NCBI GenBank assembly: GCA_963805085.1
Contig: CAWDTA010000005.1
Coordinates: 640,001-704,000, forward strand
Direction of reading: 5' to 3'
DNA length: 64,000 nt
Source: an uncultured Veillonellaceae bacterium
GTDB taxonomy: Bacteria; Bacillota; Negativicutes; JARBTT01
Part shown: in pieces, positions 21,023 through 32,347 of the stretch
How the letters are laid out: the number at the start of each line of letters is the position of its first letter
Numbering within the stretch: the first letter of the stretch is position 1
Position numbers and translations under genes: made by a program
The notes under the pieces: model-generated
Seen by the model: only the letters and a program-made list of their open reading frames with translations
Told to the model about the DNA's origin: nothing
Databases searched by the model: none

Positions 21023-21961
21023 ATGAAATGGGCTGAGATTAGTATCAAAACAACACATGAAGCAAATGAAATTATTGCGGAAATTTTTCATGGATTAGGA
21101 GCTACTGGTGTCGTAATAGAAGACCCTAAACTTGTCAATGAATATCGTGTTTCAGGAGCTTGGGATTATACCGATATACCAGAAGCAATAAATACAGAAG
21201 TTGTTACAGTTAAAGCCTATTTACCTGTTGACGAAGAGCTAGACGACAAGCTTCGTGCATTTGAAAAAGAAGTGGACCAATTAGCAGGAAATAATATTGA
21301 TAAAGGTCTGGGCGATATCTCTTGCAATCAGATTCAAGAGGAAGATTGGGCTACTTCATGGAAGGAATTTTTTCATCCATTAAAAGTTGGCGGTATTATT
21401 GTGATTAAACCATCCTGGGAAGAATATCATGCAAGTCCAAATGATATTATCATTGAACTTGATCCTGGTATGGCCTTTGGTACAGGAACGCATCATACGA
21501 CGGCAATGTGTATTCGTGAGTTAGAAACAATTATCACTGGTGGCATGGAAGTATTTGATGTTGGTACTGGTTCTGGGGTGCTTGCTATTGCGGCGGCAAA
21601 ACTTGGTGCGACAAAAGTCACCGCAGTTGATTTTGATCCATTAGCGGTTAAGATTGCGAAAGATAATTTGGACATTAATCATGTAGCTGATATTATTAGC
21701 GTCGGTCAAGGTGATTTATTGAAAGGCGTAGATGGTAAAGCAGATGTGATTATTGCCAACATCATTGCTGACATCATCATTCTTTTATTAGAGGATATAC
21801 CAAATAAATTAAAAATTGGTGGGACCATGATTGCGAGTGGAATCATCGCAGACCGCTTGGGAGATGTAACAGAAGTGGTGCTAACCCAAGGCCTTATCGT
21901 CGATAAAGTAATTGAAGAAGGTGGCTGGGCTACGATGGTTATTCGTAACGGAGGAGTCTGA
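21023..21961 (+). CDS. prmA: Ribosomal protein L11 methyltransferase
   Basis: DPGMAFGTGTHHTT, DVGTGSG, ANIIAD. Confidence 0.96.
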   Translation: MKWAEISIKTTHEANEIIAEIFHGLGATGVVIEDPKLVNEYRVSGAWDYTDIPEAINTEVVTVKAYLPVDEELDDKLRAFEKEVDQLAGNNIDKGLGDISCNQIQEEDWATSWKEFFHPLKVGGIIVIKPSWEEYHASPNDIIIELDPGMAFGTGTHHTTAMCIRELETIITGGMEVFDVGTGSGVLAIAAAKLGATKVTAVDFDPLAVKIAKDNLDINHVADIISVGQGDLLKGVDGKADVIIANIIADIIILLLEDIPNKLKIGGTMIASGIIADRLGDVTEVVLTQGLIVDKVIEEGGWATMVIRNGGV

Positions 21962-21963
21962 TC

Positions 21964-22698
21964 GTGAGAAGGTTTTTCGTCAGTGACCCGTTAGCGGATA
22001 TCGTAACAATAACAGGCGAAGATGCACATCATATTATACATGTGCTTCGTTATAAGATTGGTCAATATCTGATCGTTGTAGATGGTGATGGCAGAATTGC
22101 TAAAACAGAAATTACAGACATAGCTGAGTATACAGTAGTTGTAAAAATAATAGAGTATCTCGAAGAAAATACTGAAGCACCCATCGAGGTTATATTGGCG
22201 CAATGTTTGCCAAAATCAGATAAGATGGATTTTATCGTACAAAAAGCGGTAGAATTAGGTGTTCATAGAATTTGTCCGCTTATGAGTGAAAATTGTGTGG
22301 TAAAATATGATCACGCAAAAAAAGAGGCGCGCCAGAAAAAATGGCAGAAGATCGCAAATGAGGCGGCGAAACAATGTGGGAGAACCCTGTTGCCAAGTGT
22401 ACAGCCGATTGCTCTTTTAAAGGATTTATTTCTAGAATTAGAGCATAACGTAGAAGTATTTATGTGTTATGAAGGACAAGCTGATAGCTCTCTTAAGACT
22501 CTACTAGAAACAACGATGGCCAGTAAATTCTTGATTATCATCGGGCCAGAGGGCGGGTTTAGCCCAGCAGAAGTGGTACTTTGTAAAGGGAATGGTGCAA
22601 AAGTCGTTACCATGGGACCACGGATCTTGCGAACAGAGACGGCTTCGCTTGCGGCAGTTAGTTTAGTTATGTATCAAAATGGTGATTTAGGAGGTTGA
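21964..22698 (+). CDS. rsmE: 16S rRNA m3U1498 methyltransferase
   Basis: QKAVELG, IGPEGGFS, RILRTETA. Confidence 0.96.
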   Translation: MRRFFVSDPLADIVTITGEDAHHIIHVLRYKIGQYLIVVDGDGRIAKTEITDIAEYTVVVKIIEYLEENTEAPIEVILAQCLPKSDKMDFIVQKAVELGVHRICPLMSENCVVKYDHAKKEARQKKWQKIANEAAKQCGRTLLPSVQPIALLKDLFLELEHNVEVFMCYEGQADSSLKTLLETTMASKFLIIIGPEGGFSPAEVVLCKGNGAKVVTMGPRILRTETASLAAVSLVMYQNGDLGG

Positions 22699-22702
22699 TG
22701 TT

Positions 22703-24001
22703 TTGCCAAAGGTTGCTTTAACAACATTAGGTTGTAAAGTGAATCAGTTTGAAACTGAGGTCATGGAAGGTCTGTTTAAAGAACGTCAGTATGATATTGT
22801 TGCTTTTGATGAAAAAGCTGATTTTTATATTATTAATACTTGTTCAGTAACGCATTTAGGTGAAAAAAAATCTCGTCAGCTAATTCGCAGGGCTAAGAGG
22901 CTCAATCCACAGTCAATTATTGCTGTTACAGGTTGCTATGCCCAAATCGCTCCTGATCAAGTCGAGGCGATTGAAGGTGTAAAAGTAATCGTTGGAACCA
23001 AAGAACGCAATAAAATCGTTGATTTAGTAGAACGAGCGGCTCATGAAGAAGGCGTTGTGAACGCGATAACAGATATTATGAAGGCAAAAGAATTTGAAGA
23101 TATTCCGCTTTTTGCTGCACCGGGTAGAACACGAGCCTTCTTGAAAATTCAAGAGGGTTGTACTAATTTCTGTACATATTGTATTATTCCTTATGCAAGA
23201 GGACCACTTCGTTCTCGCAAACTGAAAAGTCTAAAAGAAGAAGCCGAAAAGCTTGTTCAGGCAGGGTTTAAAGAAATTGTTTTGACGGGAATTCATTTAG
23301 GCGCATATGGGCGAGATTTAGCAGAAAACATAAACTTAGCCGATGCAGTGAAAGTAGTTCTTGGACTTCAGGATTTAAAACGGTTAAGATTGGGGTCATT
23401 AGAATCGATTGAATTATCGCCAGTTTTGTTTGATATTTTATGTAAGGATGAGCGTTTCTGCCCGCATTTGCACTTGCCGTTACAAGCTGGTCATGATGAT
23501 ATTTTAAAAATGATGAATCGTCATTATGATACGGCAGAATTTAGACAAGTTATCCATAAGGTTATGGATATGGTACCAAATGTTGCGATTTCTACAGATA
23601 TCATTGTCGGTTTTCCAGGGGAAACCGATGAAATGTTTGAACAAAGCTTGGTCTTTGCCAAGTCGATGGATTTTGCAAAGATTCATGTATTTCCTTATTC
23701 AAAACGTCAAGGTACGCCAGCGGCGACCTTTTCCAATCAGGTGGATGAGCATGTCAAAAAAGAGCGGGCTCACGTTATGCAGATGATGGCAGACGAAAAA
23801 GCGCAGGAATATTGTAAACGTTTTATTGGTAAAACATTATCAGTGCTATTTGAATCAGAACATGAAGGCATTGTTGATGGTTTAACTGATAATTATGTCC
23901 GAGTTTATGTAGAAGCTAATTCCGTATTATGTGGTGAAATTTATAATGTTTCATTGGAAAAAGTATATAAAGACGGTTTATGGGGTAAAATTTGCAAATA
24001 A
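22703..24001 (+). CDS. mtaB: tRNA methylthiotransferase MtaB
   Basis: TLGCKVNQFE, KIQEGCTNFCTYCIIP; follows rsmE. Confidence 0.94.
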   Translation: MPKVALTTLGCKVNQFETEVMEGLFKERQYDIVAFDEKADFYIINTCSVTHLGEKKSRQLIRRAKRLNPQSIIAVTGCYAQIAPDQVEAIEGVKVIVGTKERNKIVDLVERAAHEEGVVNAITDIMKAKEFEDIPLFAAPGRTRAFLKIQEGCTNFCTYCIIPYARGPLRSRKLKSLKEEAEKLVQAGFKEIVLTGIHLGAYGRDLAENINLADAVKVVLGLQDLKRLRLGSLESIELSPVLFDILCKDERFCPHLHLPLQAGHDDILKMMNRHYDTAEFRQVIHKVMDMVPNVAISTDIIVGFPGETDEMFEQSLVFAKSMDFAKIHVFPYSKRQGTPAATFSNQVDEHVKKERAHVMQMMADEKAQEYCKRFIGKTLSVLFESEHEGIVDGLTDNYVRVYVEANSVLCGEIYNVSLEKVYKDGLWGKICK

Positions 24002-24101
24002 GTTAGTATATAAAGCAGGTAATTTGTAAAAAAAGGCGAATAAAATATAAAGTGTATTAATAGGATATGCTTTGATTTGTACTGGAAAGGGGGTGACCGA
24101 T

Positions 24102-24446
24102 ATGGACTGCATTTTTTGTGAGATTGCTAACAAAGAAATTCCAACGAATTTTGTTTATGAAGATGAGTTTGTCGTGGCGTTTAACGATATTAGCCCAGTG
24201 GCTCCTGTTCATGTATTAGTGGTACCCAAAAAACATATTGCGAACCTTCTTGAATTAACCAGTGATGATGGCCAATTGATGCTACATATCATGGCAACTG
24301 TTATTCCTAAGATTGCGAATGAACAAGGTTTGGCAGAAAATGGTTTCCGCTTGGTAGTGAATACGAAAGAGGATGGTGGACAAACCGTACCTCATTTGCA
24401 TTTTCATATACTAGGAGCAAGAACGATGGCTTGGCCACCAGGTTAA
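24102..24446 (+). CDS. HIT-family nucleotide hydrolase
   Basis: CIFC...GQTVPHLHFHILG..WPPG. Confidence 0.95.
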   Translation: MDCIFCEIANKEIPTNFVYEDEFVVAFNDISPVAPVHVLVVPKKHIANLLELTSDDGQLMLHIMATVIPKIANEQGLAENGFRLVVNTKEDGGQTVPHLHFHILGARTMAWPPG

Positions 24447-24533
24447 TGTTGACAATAAAACCATAGTTCATGTATAATGTTTAGGTGTAGTTAAGCAGTA
24501 CACTCCCATGTCGAGTGGAGGGGGGGAAAATAG

Positions 24534-24713
24534 ATGTCAGAAGTTAAAGTTGGAAAAAACGAAACAATTGATAGTGCACTCCGTAGATTTAAACGTACTT
24601 GCCAAAAAGCTGGTACTCTTGCTGAGGTTAGAAAACGTGAACACTATGAAAAACCTAGTGTAAAACGTAAGAAAAAATCCGAAGCTGCACGTAAACGTAA
24701 ATTTAAAGCTTAA
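24534..24713 (+). CDS. rpsU: 30S ribosomal protein S21 (59 aa, absent from the ORF track)
   Basis: Translated by hand: [59 protein letters not shown]. Confidence 0.98.
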   Translation: MSEVKVGKNETIDSALRRFKRTCQKAGTLAEVRKREHYEKPSVKRKKKSEAARKRKFKA

Positions 24714-24739
24714 ATTTCGTTTCGGAGGTATGAGAAAAT

Positions 24740-25192
24740 ATGTCTCTTAAAGAACAATTGACTGAAGATATGAAGCAGGCAATGAAAGCGAGAGAAGCAG
24801 GTAAATTGCGCCTTTCTGTTATTCGTATGGTTCGTTCTGCTATAAAGAATGTTGAGATTGACAGTAAAAAGGAGCTTGCTGAAGAAGGCGTTCTTGATAT
24901 AGTCTCTAAAGAAGTAAAAATGCGCAGAGATTCAATGGAAGAGTTCAAGAAAGCAAATCGTCAAGATTTGGTTGATCAACTTGAACAAGAAATTGCAATA
25001 TTATTGCCATATCTTCCTCAACAGTTAACTGAAGCTGAAGTTCGTGCTTTAGTCAGTGAGTCTGTAGTAGCAAGTGGTGCTATTACTCCAAAAGATATGG
25101 GCAAAGTTATGGCGCTATTGATGCCGAAAGTAAAAGGTCGTGCCGATGGTAAGTTAGTAAACAACATTGTGCGTGAACTATTAAATCAATAA
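24740..25192 (+). CDS. yqeY: GatB/YqeY-domain protein
   Basis: MSLKEQL..DMKQAMK, YLPQQL, KDMGKVM...KGRADG. Confidence 0.93.
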   Translation: MSLKEQLTEDMKQAMKAREAGKLRLSVIRMVRSAIKNVEIDSKKELAEEGVLDIVSKEVKMRRDSMEEFKKANRQDLVDQLEQEIAILLPYLPQQLTEAEVRALVSESVVASGAITPKDMGKVMALLMPKVKGRADGKLVNNIVRELLNQ

Positions 25193-25391
25193 GATGAATC
25201 CAGTACTTTTTAAGTACTGGATTTTATTTTTGCATAAATGTAGGAATTCATGTAATATTTGTGGAATAGATTAAGAGAGTTATATAAATATTATATTTAT
25301 ATTATATTTATATGGGAAAAGTAATTGTATTGTGTATGTTTATTTACAAACAGTTGCTGAAAAGATGCAGATGAAAGGAGGCCTTAGCATT

Positions 25392-26027
25392 ATGCAACCA
25401 GAATTTTGGGCATTACCAATCATAAAGATACTGTTAATCACGATCATATTTTTATCCTTGTTAGTTGAAGTGAAAACAGCGGGTATGGGGATTGGAGCCT
25501 TGCTTGGTATTATTGCAGCGGGGGTATTCTTTTTTAGTCAATTGGTAACTGGTATGGTGAGCTTTTTTGAAATCGCAATGTTTTTAGGCGGAGTTTTGTT
25601 TATTGTCATTGAACTACTGACGCCTGGCATCGGGATATTTGCTGGACTGGGAATGATTGCTATTCTATATAGCTTCATATTAGCTCTTGGTGGGGGAAGT
25701 TCCGCAATATATTTACTCATCGTCAGTCTAATCCTTGCTATCGTTATTTTTGCTCTGGTAGTGAGAAAATTACCTTCGAGTAAACTATGGTCAAAGGTTG
25801 TTCTAAAAGACACGTCAACGGTCAGTAAGGGCTATATTAGTACCAATGATTACAGTGGATTTTTAGGCAAAGAAGGTTATGTTATTACCGAACTTCGTCC
25901 AGCTGGGACTGTTTCTATTGATGAAGTAAAGCTTGACGTTGTATCAGAAGGTAGTTACATTGAAAAAGATGCTAGAATCGAAGTTGTTTCTATCCAAGGG
26001 AGTCGTATTGTCGTTAGACGAATCTAG
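25392..26027 (+). CDS. NfeD-family membrane protein (short form)
   Basis: Several TM helices plus a C-terminal OB fold (GKEG..ITELRPAG..DVVSEG); precedes floA. Confidence 0.88.
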   Translation: MQPEFWALPIIKILLITIIFLSLLVEVKTAGMGIGALLGIIAAGVFFFSQLVTGMVSFFEIAMFLGGVLFIVIELLTPGIGIFAGLGMIAILYSFILALGGGSSAIYLLIVSLILAIVIFALVVRKLPSSKLWSKVVLKDTSTVSKGYISTNDYSGFLGKEGYVITELRPAGTVSIDEVKLDVVSEGSYIEKDARIEVVSIQGSRIVVRRI

Positions 26028-26136
26028 TGAAGATAGCAACTAGTATTGACTAGGTTTATCTAGATTTTACTATATGAGTTTATTGCAAGATGCTTTGTTA
26101 GGGAAGTACCCTAATTTTGAAATGGAGGTTTTTGAT

Positions 26137-27147
26137 TTGGAAGTATTACTTGGTTCAGGTTTATTACTTGTTTTGGTTATTGTTGCGGTTATGGTGTTTT
26201 TGCATTTCGTCCCATTGGGTTTATGGATCTCTGCCATCGCTGCTGGAGTAAGAGTGAGCATTGTTACGTTGGTAGGAATGAGACTTCGGCGTGTGCCTCC
26301 AGCCCATATTGTTATGCCACTCATTAAGGCGAATAAAGCTGGTATTGATGTCAGTGTGAATCAATTAGAAGCCCATTATTTAGCAGGCGGGAATGTTGAC
26401 CGCGTAATTGATGCATTGATTGCCGCACATAGAGCGGAAATTCCATTGCCTTTCGCACGCTCCGCTGCGATTGACCTTGCCGGTCGTGATGTGTTACAAG
26501 CAGTGCAAATGAGCGTTAATCCACAAGTGATTGAGACACCAGTCGTTTCTGCTGTCGCGCATAATGGGATTGAGCTGAAAATTAAAGCGCGTGTTACCGT
26601 AAGGGCTAATATTGATCGCTTGGTCGGTGGTGCGGGCGAAGCTACGATTATTGCTAGAGTAGGCGAAGGCATTGTAACGACTGTTGGTTCTTCAGTTGAT
26701 CATAAAGATGTACTAGCAAATCCAGACCATATTTCAAGAACTGTTTTAGCAAAAGGGCTAGATGCAGGCACAGCCTTCGAAATTCTCTCTATAGATATTG
26801 CCGATGTTGATGTAGGTCGTAATATTGGCGCGGAACTTATGACAGACCAAGCGGAAGCTGATAAACGAATTGCCCAAGCGAAAGCTGAAGAACGTCGGGC
26901 GATGGCTGTAGCCAAAGAGCAAGAAATGAAAGCATATACACAGGAAATGAGTGCAAAAGTCGTGGAAGCACAATCAGAAGTGCCTCATGCGATGGCAGCA
27001 GCCCTTCGCGAAGGTAGAATTGGCGTAATGGACTATTACAATATGAATAACATTACTGCTGATACACAAATGCGTGAAGCAATTAGTAAAGCCGGTGTTC
27101 CTCAAGGTCAAGGGCAAGCTTCAAGCCAAGACCGCCCAGTTAGGTAA
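26137..27147 (+). CDS. floA: Flotillin-like protein FloA (YqfA)
   Basis: [42 protein letters not shown]. Confidence 0.95.
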   Translation: MEVLLGSGLLLVLVIVAVMVFLHFVPLGLWISAIAAGVRVSIVTLVGMRLRRVPPAHIVMPLIKANKAGIDVSVNQLEAHYLAGGNVDRVIDALIAAHRAEIPLPFARSAAIDLAGRDVLQAVQMSVNPQVIETPVVSAVAHNGIELKIKARVTVRANIDRLVGGAGEATIIARVGEGIVTTVGSSVDHKDVLANPDHISRTVLAKGLDAGTAFEILSIDIADVDVGRNIGAELMTDQAEADKRIAQAKAEERRAMAVAKEQEMKAYTQEMSAKVVEAQSEVPHAMAAALREGRIGVMDYYNMNNITADTQMREAISKAGVPQGQGQASSQDRPVR

Positions 27148-27152
27148 CGGTT

Positions 27153-27593
27153 ATGGAGCTAGTATTTGCAATCATTGCTTTTGTTGTATTTAGTGTGATA
27201 ACGGATGCGATTGAAGGCAAGAAAAAGAAAAGGCAACAATCTGAATTGCCGGATACTAAATCGAAAATAAAGATAAAAGTTGGCGCACAAGAAAAACGAC
27301 CAGAAATTATTCTTCCGCCAATCAAAGGTGCCCCAACCATGCAATCGGATAAGTCAATTGTTTATGCTGAAGCAGCAATGGTAGTGAAAACGAAACCAAT
27401 AGAAAAAATAAAAAAATCGGAAAAGGTGAACAATCAGCCGTTAGAAACGGAAGTAAAACCAGTCAATCCAGTTGTTATTCAGCCCGAAGTAATTCTTAGC
27501 GCAGTCTGTTATGCGCAAATATTACAACCACCCAAGGCGTATCAATATATGGCAACACGCTCCTGTCAGAGCGATTGGAACAATGCGAAATAA
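27153..27593 (+). CDS. Hypothetical membrane-anchored protein (position of yqfB)
   Basis: N-terminal TM segment, basic cluster, C-terminal AQILQPPKA. Confidence 0.7.
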   Translation: MELVFAIIAFVVFSVITDAIEGKKKKRQQSELPDTKSKIKIKVGAQEKRPEIILPPIKGAPTMQSDKSIVYAEAAMVVKTKPIEKIKKSEKVNNQPLETEVKPVNPVVIQPEVILSAVCYAQILQPPKAYQYMATRSCQSDWNNAK

Positions 27594-27650
27594 TCGTTGT
27601 TAGACGGAGAACTAGGTAACTACAATATGTGGTGACCTAGTTCTTTTTTG

Positions 27651-27678
27651 TTATAGGTTAGTTGCTTCTGCATACATA
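27651..27678 (+). promoter_or_regulatory. SigE-like promoter of yqfC-yqfD
   Basis: TTATAGG-N13-CATACATA directly after a terminator; yqfCD is SigE-controlled in B. subtilis. Confidence 0.5.
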
Positions 27679-27699
27679 TAGTATGAAGGGGTGAGGTAA

Positions 27700-27972
27700 A
27701 TGCGTAGACGAAGTAAATTGGCGCGATTGGCTAAGGCTTTGGATTTGCCAGATGATATTGTTCTCGATTTGCCAAGAATTACAATGCTTGGCAATCAACA
27801 ACTCTTAATTGAAAATCATCGGGGCATTATTGAATACACCTCTTCTTGTATTAAAATCAATTTAAATCAAGGCTGTTTATGTGTACGGGGCGAAAAGTTG
27901 ACGTTAGGACATCTACAAAAAGAGCAAATTTTAATTGAAGGAATGGTGGGGGAGCTAAAGTATGACACATAA
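27700..27972 (+). CDS. yqfC: Sporulation protein YqfC
   Basis: LDLPDDIVLDLPRIT..IENHRGIIEY. Confidence 0.92.
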   Translation: MRRRSKLARLAKALDLPDDIVLDLPRITMLGNQQLLIENHRGIIEYTSSCIKINLNQGCLCVRGEKLTLGHLQKEQILIEGMVGELKYDT

Positions 27973-29134
27973 AATTTCTAGCTATATCAATGGCGCGGTG
28001 AAAATAAAGGTTCAAGGTGAAAACCAAGAACGTTTTATCAATCTTTGTATTTCTAAGCAAATGCAATTGTGGGGCGTGAGGAAGCTAGAAGATAGTTTAT
28101 TTATTTGGTTATCATTACATGATTTTTTTCATATTCGTGGTGCTGTAAGGAAAGCCAAGGTAAAAGTATTTGTTGTAAATTCCTATGGTTTACCTTTCTT
28201 TTTTAAACGGTTAAAGCGTCGCAAAATATTACTTTATGGTGCGATTGTTTTTCTTATTGCAATTTATATTTTGAGCGGTTATATTTGGTTTATTGACATT
28301 GTTGGTTTGAAAAATATTCCTCAAGAAAAAATTAATCGGATGATAGAGGCAAATGGTTTGCGTATTGGGGCTAGTCAGGATGAAATAGATACTAAAAATT
28401 TAGAAAAAGAAATTTTATTATCGGTACCTGACGTTGCTTGGGTGGAAATTCATTTTACTGGAACGAGAGCGGTAGTGGAAATTGTTGAAAAAGTAGTAGC
28501 GCCATCGGAGGATAAATCACCGGGGGATTTGATTGCTGATAAGGCAGGAACGATTACGGAATGTATCACCATTATGGGGGAAAGTAAAGTTAAAGTTGGT
28601 GATAAGGTTCAAGTTGGTGATGTATTACTTAAGGGAATTGGGAAAAATAATGAAGAAATACGAGCAAAAGGAATCGTGAAAGCACATGTAGAATATGAAA
28701 GTTTTGGTGAATCATTATTAGAAGAACAACACTATACCTTGACGGGTAACCAGAAATTTGGCGTAAAAATAAATTTTTGTGGACAAATGATTGAATTAAA
28801 TCAAGTGAATTTAGCTGATTTTCCAGCTTTTGAGCATGAGGTTATTGTTAAAAGCATTCCTCGGTGGAGGAATAGTGACTTCGTTGTCGAAACTATTATA
28901 GATGTTTATCATGAATTAGAAGTTGATACGATTGCGATAGATGAAATAGAAGCAAAGAAAATTGCCATGCGAGAAGCGTTGTTGGAAAATAAATTACAAA
29001 TTCCGCCGGATGCTTATGTTATAGCCCAGGACCTTACTGTAATTGATACGGAAGACTCAAATTTAATTCGGGTAAAGTTGACGATAGAAACAGAAGAGTT
29101 GATTGGTATGTATAATCAATATAATAAGGAGTAA
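27962..29134 (+). CDS. yqfD: Sporulation protein YqfD
   Basis: ERFINLC, GLPFF, GTRAVVEIVEK; follows yqfC. Confidence 0.9.
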   Translation: MTHKISSYINGAVKIKVQGENQERFINLCISKQMQLWGVRKLEDSLFIWLSLHDFFHIRGAVRKAKVKVFVVNSYGLPFFFKRLKRRKILLYGAIVFLIAIYILSGYIWFIDIVGLKNIPQEKINRMIEANGLRIGASQDEIDTKNLEKEILLSVPDVAWVEIHFTGTRAVVEIVEKVVAPSEDKSPGDLIADKAGTITECITIMGESKVKVGDKVQVGDVLLKGIGKNNEEIRAKGIVKAHVEYESFGESLLEEQHYTLTGNQKFGVKINFCGQMIELNQVNLADFPAFEHEVIVKSIPRWRNSDFVVETIIDVYHELEVDTIAIDEIEAKKIAMREALLENKLQIPPDAYVIAQDLTVIDTEDSNLIRVKLTIETEELIGMYNQYNKE

Positions 29135-29146
29135 GGAGGCTGAGTT

Positions 29147-30130
29147 TTGCAGGAGATTGCAGAAAAAAGGTTTAGTTTAGAAGATAAAAAAACAGCATTA
29201 GCATTGCTGGGTCATAATGACGAATACTTCAATGCTTTTTGTAAAGAATTTCATTGCCAAATCACGAGTCGTGGTGATGAAATTATGATAAAAGGAGAAT
29301 CTAGTGAAGTTATAAAGGTAGAAAAAGTCTTGCAAGAATTATTGTTTTTGCATAAACAAGGCAATACAATTACGATGCATGAAGTGCGCTATAGTATTGA
29401 TTTAGTGAATAAAGGCAAGGGCGACTCATTACATCATTTGTTTAGTGACGTTATCTTAGTTACAGCGAAGGGCCGGCAAGTAAAACCAAAAACTTTAGGG
29501 CAGCGTGTTTATTTAGATGCGATTAAGCAAAATTATATTACATTGGGAATAGGTCCTGCTGGAACAGGGAAAACTTATCTTGCTGTTGTTATGGCTGTGG
29601 CGGCACTTCGTAATAAAGAAGTGGAACGGATTGTTTTAACTAGGCCGGCAGTTGAAGCTGGAGAAAGATTAGGCTTTTTACCAGGTGATTTACAAGATAA
29701 AGTCGATCCTTATCTAAGGCCATTATATGATGCGTTATATGATATTCTAGGATTGGAAACATTTCAAAAATTTATGTCCAAAAATATCATTGAGGTAGCG
29801 CCGCTCGCTTATATGCGTGGGCGTACGCTCGACGATTCTTTTGTTATTTTAGATGAAGCACAAAATACCACAGCGCAGCAGATGAAGATGTTTCTAACAA
29901 GGCTAGGATTTGGCTCCAAGATGGTAGTAACTGGTGATTTAACGCAAACAGACTTACCACGAGGTGTATTATCTGGACTGGCGGAAGCGCAAGCTGTGCT
30001 GGCGAATGTGGAAGGAATTCAATGTATTCATCTTGAAGCTGGTGACGTTATTCGTCACGAAGTGGTAGGAAGAATTGTTCGGGCTTATGATTTGTATGGG
30101 CAAAAAAATGCAATGCAAACTGAAAAGTAA
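29147..30130 (+). CDS. phoH: PhoH-family ATPase
   Basis: GPAGTGKT, RPAVEAGERLGFLPGD, DEAQN. Confidence 0.96.
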   Translation: MQEIAEKRFSLEDKKTALALLGHNDEYFNAFCKEFHCQITSRGDEIMIKGESSEVIKVEKVLQELLFLHKQGNTITMHEVRYSIDLVNKGKGDSLHHLFSDVILVTAKGRQVKPKTLGQRVYLDAIKQNYITLGIGPAGTGKTYLAVVMAVAALRNKEVERIVLTRPAVEAGERLGFLPGDLQDKVDPYLRPLYDALYDILGLETFQKFMSKNIIEVAPLAYMRGRTLDDSFVILDEAQNTTAQQMKMFLTRLGFGSKMVVTGDLTQTDLPRGVLSGLAEAQAVLANVEGIQCIHLEAGDVIRHEVVGRIVRAYDLYGQKNAMQTEK

Positions 30131-30145
30131 GGCAGGTGTATTTAA

Positions 30146-32347
30146 TTGAAATCAATAGGTAGACGCTTGCAGCTGTTTTTGTTCAAACAGGAACGACTGC
30201 ATACAAAACCTGCAACAAGGCGGATGGTTCTTGGCGTAGTGTTTTTGTTTTTGTTTTTGGTGGTACTGTCTGTTGATATTAGTTCAGATAAAGTAGATGT
30301 TGAAGAAGGAACAGTAAGTGACCGTGATATTATTGCAACACGTACGGTATCCTATATTGATACAGCGAAAACAAAAAAATTAGAAGAAGAGGTTGTGGCT
30401 AGTGTCACGCCTGTCTACGATTTGGATGTTGCTGTACAAGGTAGAGCGGAAGATGAAGTAAATAATATTTTTAATGCTTTAAAAGCTGCAGAAGGTCCCG
30501 GTACTTTGGCTACAAATGCTAAACCATCGACTGATGAGGTGAAACAAAAGCTTTTAACAAATTTACAGTACTTAAATTTCAATGAGGAAACATTAAATGC
30601 TTTAACCGGCTTGGATGCTACTGAACTATCTCAGGCAAAGGATAATACTTTGGCATTTTTAAGACGCTATTTACAACGTGGTGTGCATGGTGATGAAGTA
30701 GCAACTACTAAAAAGTATATAGCTATTGAAATTGATGAGCTCAATATGAGTGATCATGCTAAAGTTGTGGTGGAGCATTTAGTTAATAAATTATTGATGC
30801 CCAATGTTATATTAAATGTGAAAGAAACTGAAAAACGTAAAAAAACAGCAGTAGCAAGTGTAGAATCTGTACGAGAAACGATTCGTAAGGGACAAGTTAT
30901 TGTTAGACGTGGGGATGTTATAACGGCGGCGCAAATCAATATGATGGACGAAGTTGGCCTACATAAGGGACAAGTAAATGAATACCATATCTTAGGACTA
31001 ACTATTTTTGTAATCGTTGTGATGTCAATTTTATTGATGTTCATCTATAAGTTTGAGCATCCGATTTATGTAAAAGATTTATTGTTAGTACTGCTTGGTC
31101 TGATTATGATTATTGCTTTATGCCTAGCTAAGGTTGCCAGCTATTATTCCTATTTTGCTGGACCAATTGCCACAGGAGCATTACTTACGGCAATTTTGAT
31201 TCATCCGCGTGTTGGTATGGTGGCTAGCCTAGCACTTGCTATGTTGTTTGGTGTGGTTGTTGACTATGATTTACGAGCGGTAGCGGCGGCCTTACTTGGT
31301 AGTACGGTTGGGGCTTATAATGTAGCCAAGCTAGCGCATGGTTATAGCTTGACCACGACTGGAATTTTGATTGCGGTTGTAAACTTCTTAGTAATTGGTG
31401 CAACTGGGCTGATGATGCAAATAGAATCTTCGGAACTGATGTTACAGTGTCTCCTTGGTGTTGCGAATGGAATTGGCTCTGCAATTATTACGACAGGGAT
31501 TTTACCATATTTAGAACATGCTTTTAATATTACGACACCTATTAAATTGTTGGAGCTTGGGCAGTCAAATCATCCACTGATGCAACGACTTTTACTAGAA
31601 GCACCAGGTACGTATCATCATAGTGTGTTACTGGGCAACTTAGCAGAAGCAGCAGCTGATGTGATCGGCGCTGATCCAGTGACCGTTAGGGTAGGAGCGT
31701 ATTATCATGATATTGGTAAGATTAAGCGACCATACTTTTTCGTAGAAAATCAATTTGGTGGAGAAAATCCTCATGATAAAATTGCACCGACGTTAAGTAC
31801 TTTGATTGTGACGTCTCATGTCAAAGATGGGCTAGAGCTGTGCCGTGAATATAAGTTGCCAAGCATTATTTCTGATATTGTAGTCCAACATCATGGCACT
31901 TTGCTTGCTTCTTATTTTTATCATCGAGCGACAGAGGGCGACCATAGCGAATGTATCATTGAATCAGATTTTCGTTATGAAGGGCCGAAGCCGCAAACAA
32001 AAGAGGCGGCTTTGATTATGATTGCGGATGCCTGCGAGGCTGCTGTCCGTTCGATTAGTAAACCGAATTCCAATCGTATTGAAGCTATGGTGCGAAAAAT
32101 TATACGTGAGCGCTTAAATGATGGACAATTTGATGAATGTAATTTGATGTTGCGTGATTTAACTGAAATTGGCGATGTGTACATTCGCATTTTGTCAAGT
32201 ATGTTCCATTCACGTATAGAATATCCAGATTCGATTAAAGAAATAGAGAGGAAAAATAAACAAAATGGAAATAGTATTAAGCAACTTTCCAACGGAGCTG
32301 ACAGTAGCACCGAACCTAGAGGAAACGGTGAGGAAAGTAATAAATAA
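30146..32347 (+). CDS. pgpH: 7TM-HD c-di-AMP phosphodiesterase PgpH-like
   Basis: Extracellular domain, TM bundle, EAPGTYHHS, YYHDIGK, QHHGT. Confidence 0.88.
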   Translation: MKSIGRRLQLFLFKQERLHTKPATRRMVLGVVFLFLFLVVLSVDISSDKVDVEEGTVSDRDIIATRTVSYIDTAKTKKLEEEVVASVTPVYDLDVAVQGRAEDEVNNIFNALKAAEGPGTLATNAKPSTDEVKQKLLTNLQYLNFNEETLNALTGLDATELSQAKDNTLAFLRRYLQRGVHGDEVATTKKYIAIEIDELNMSDHAKVVVEHLVNKLLMPNVILNVKETEKRKKTAVASVESVRETIRKGQVIVRRGDVITAAQINMMDEVGLHKGQVNEYHILGLTIFVIVVMSILLMFIYKFEHPIYVKDLLLVLLGLIMIIALCLAKVASYYSYFAGPIATGALLTAILIHPRVGMVASLALAMLFGVVVDYDLRAVAAALLGSTVGAYNVAKLAHGYSLTTTGILIAVVNFLVIGATGLMMQIESSELMLQCLLGVANGIGSAIITTGILPYLEHAFNITTPIKLLELGQSNHPLMQRLLLEAPGTYHHSVLLGNLAEAAADVIGADPVTVRVGAYYHDIGKIKRPYFFVENQFGGENPHDKIAPTLSTLIVTSHVKDGLELCREYKLPSIISDIVVQHHGTLLASYFYHRATEGDHSECIIESDFRYEGPKPQTKEAALIMIADACEAAVRSISKPNSNRIEAMVRKIIRERLNDGQFDECNLMLRDLTEIGDVYIRILSSMFHSRIEYPDSIKEIERKNKQNGNSIKQLSNGADSSTEPRGNGEESNK

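Noticed and set aside
32265-32347. 83-nt overlap of pgpH with ybeY
   Set aside because: Low-complexity tail after the HD domain; nothing beyond ordinary operon overlap can be supported.
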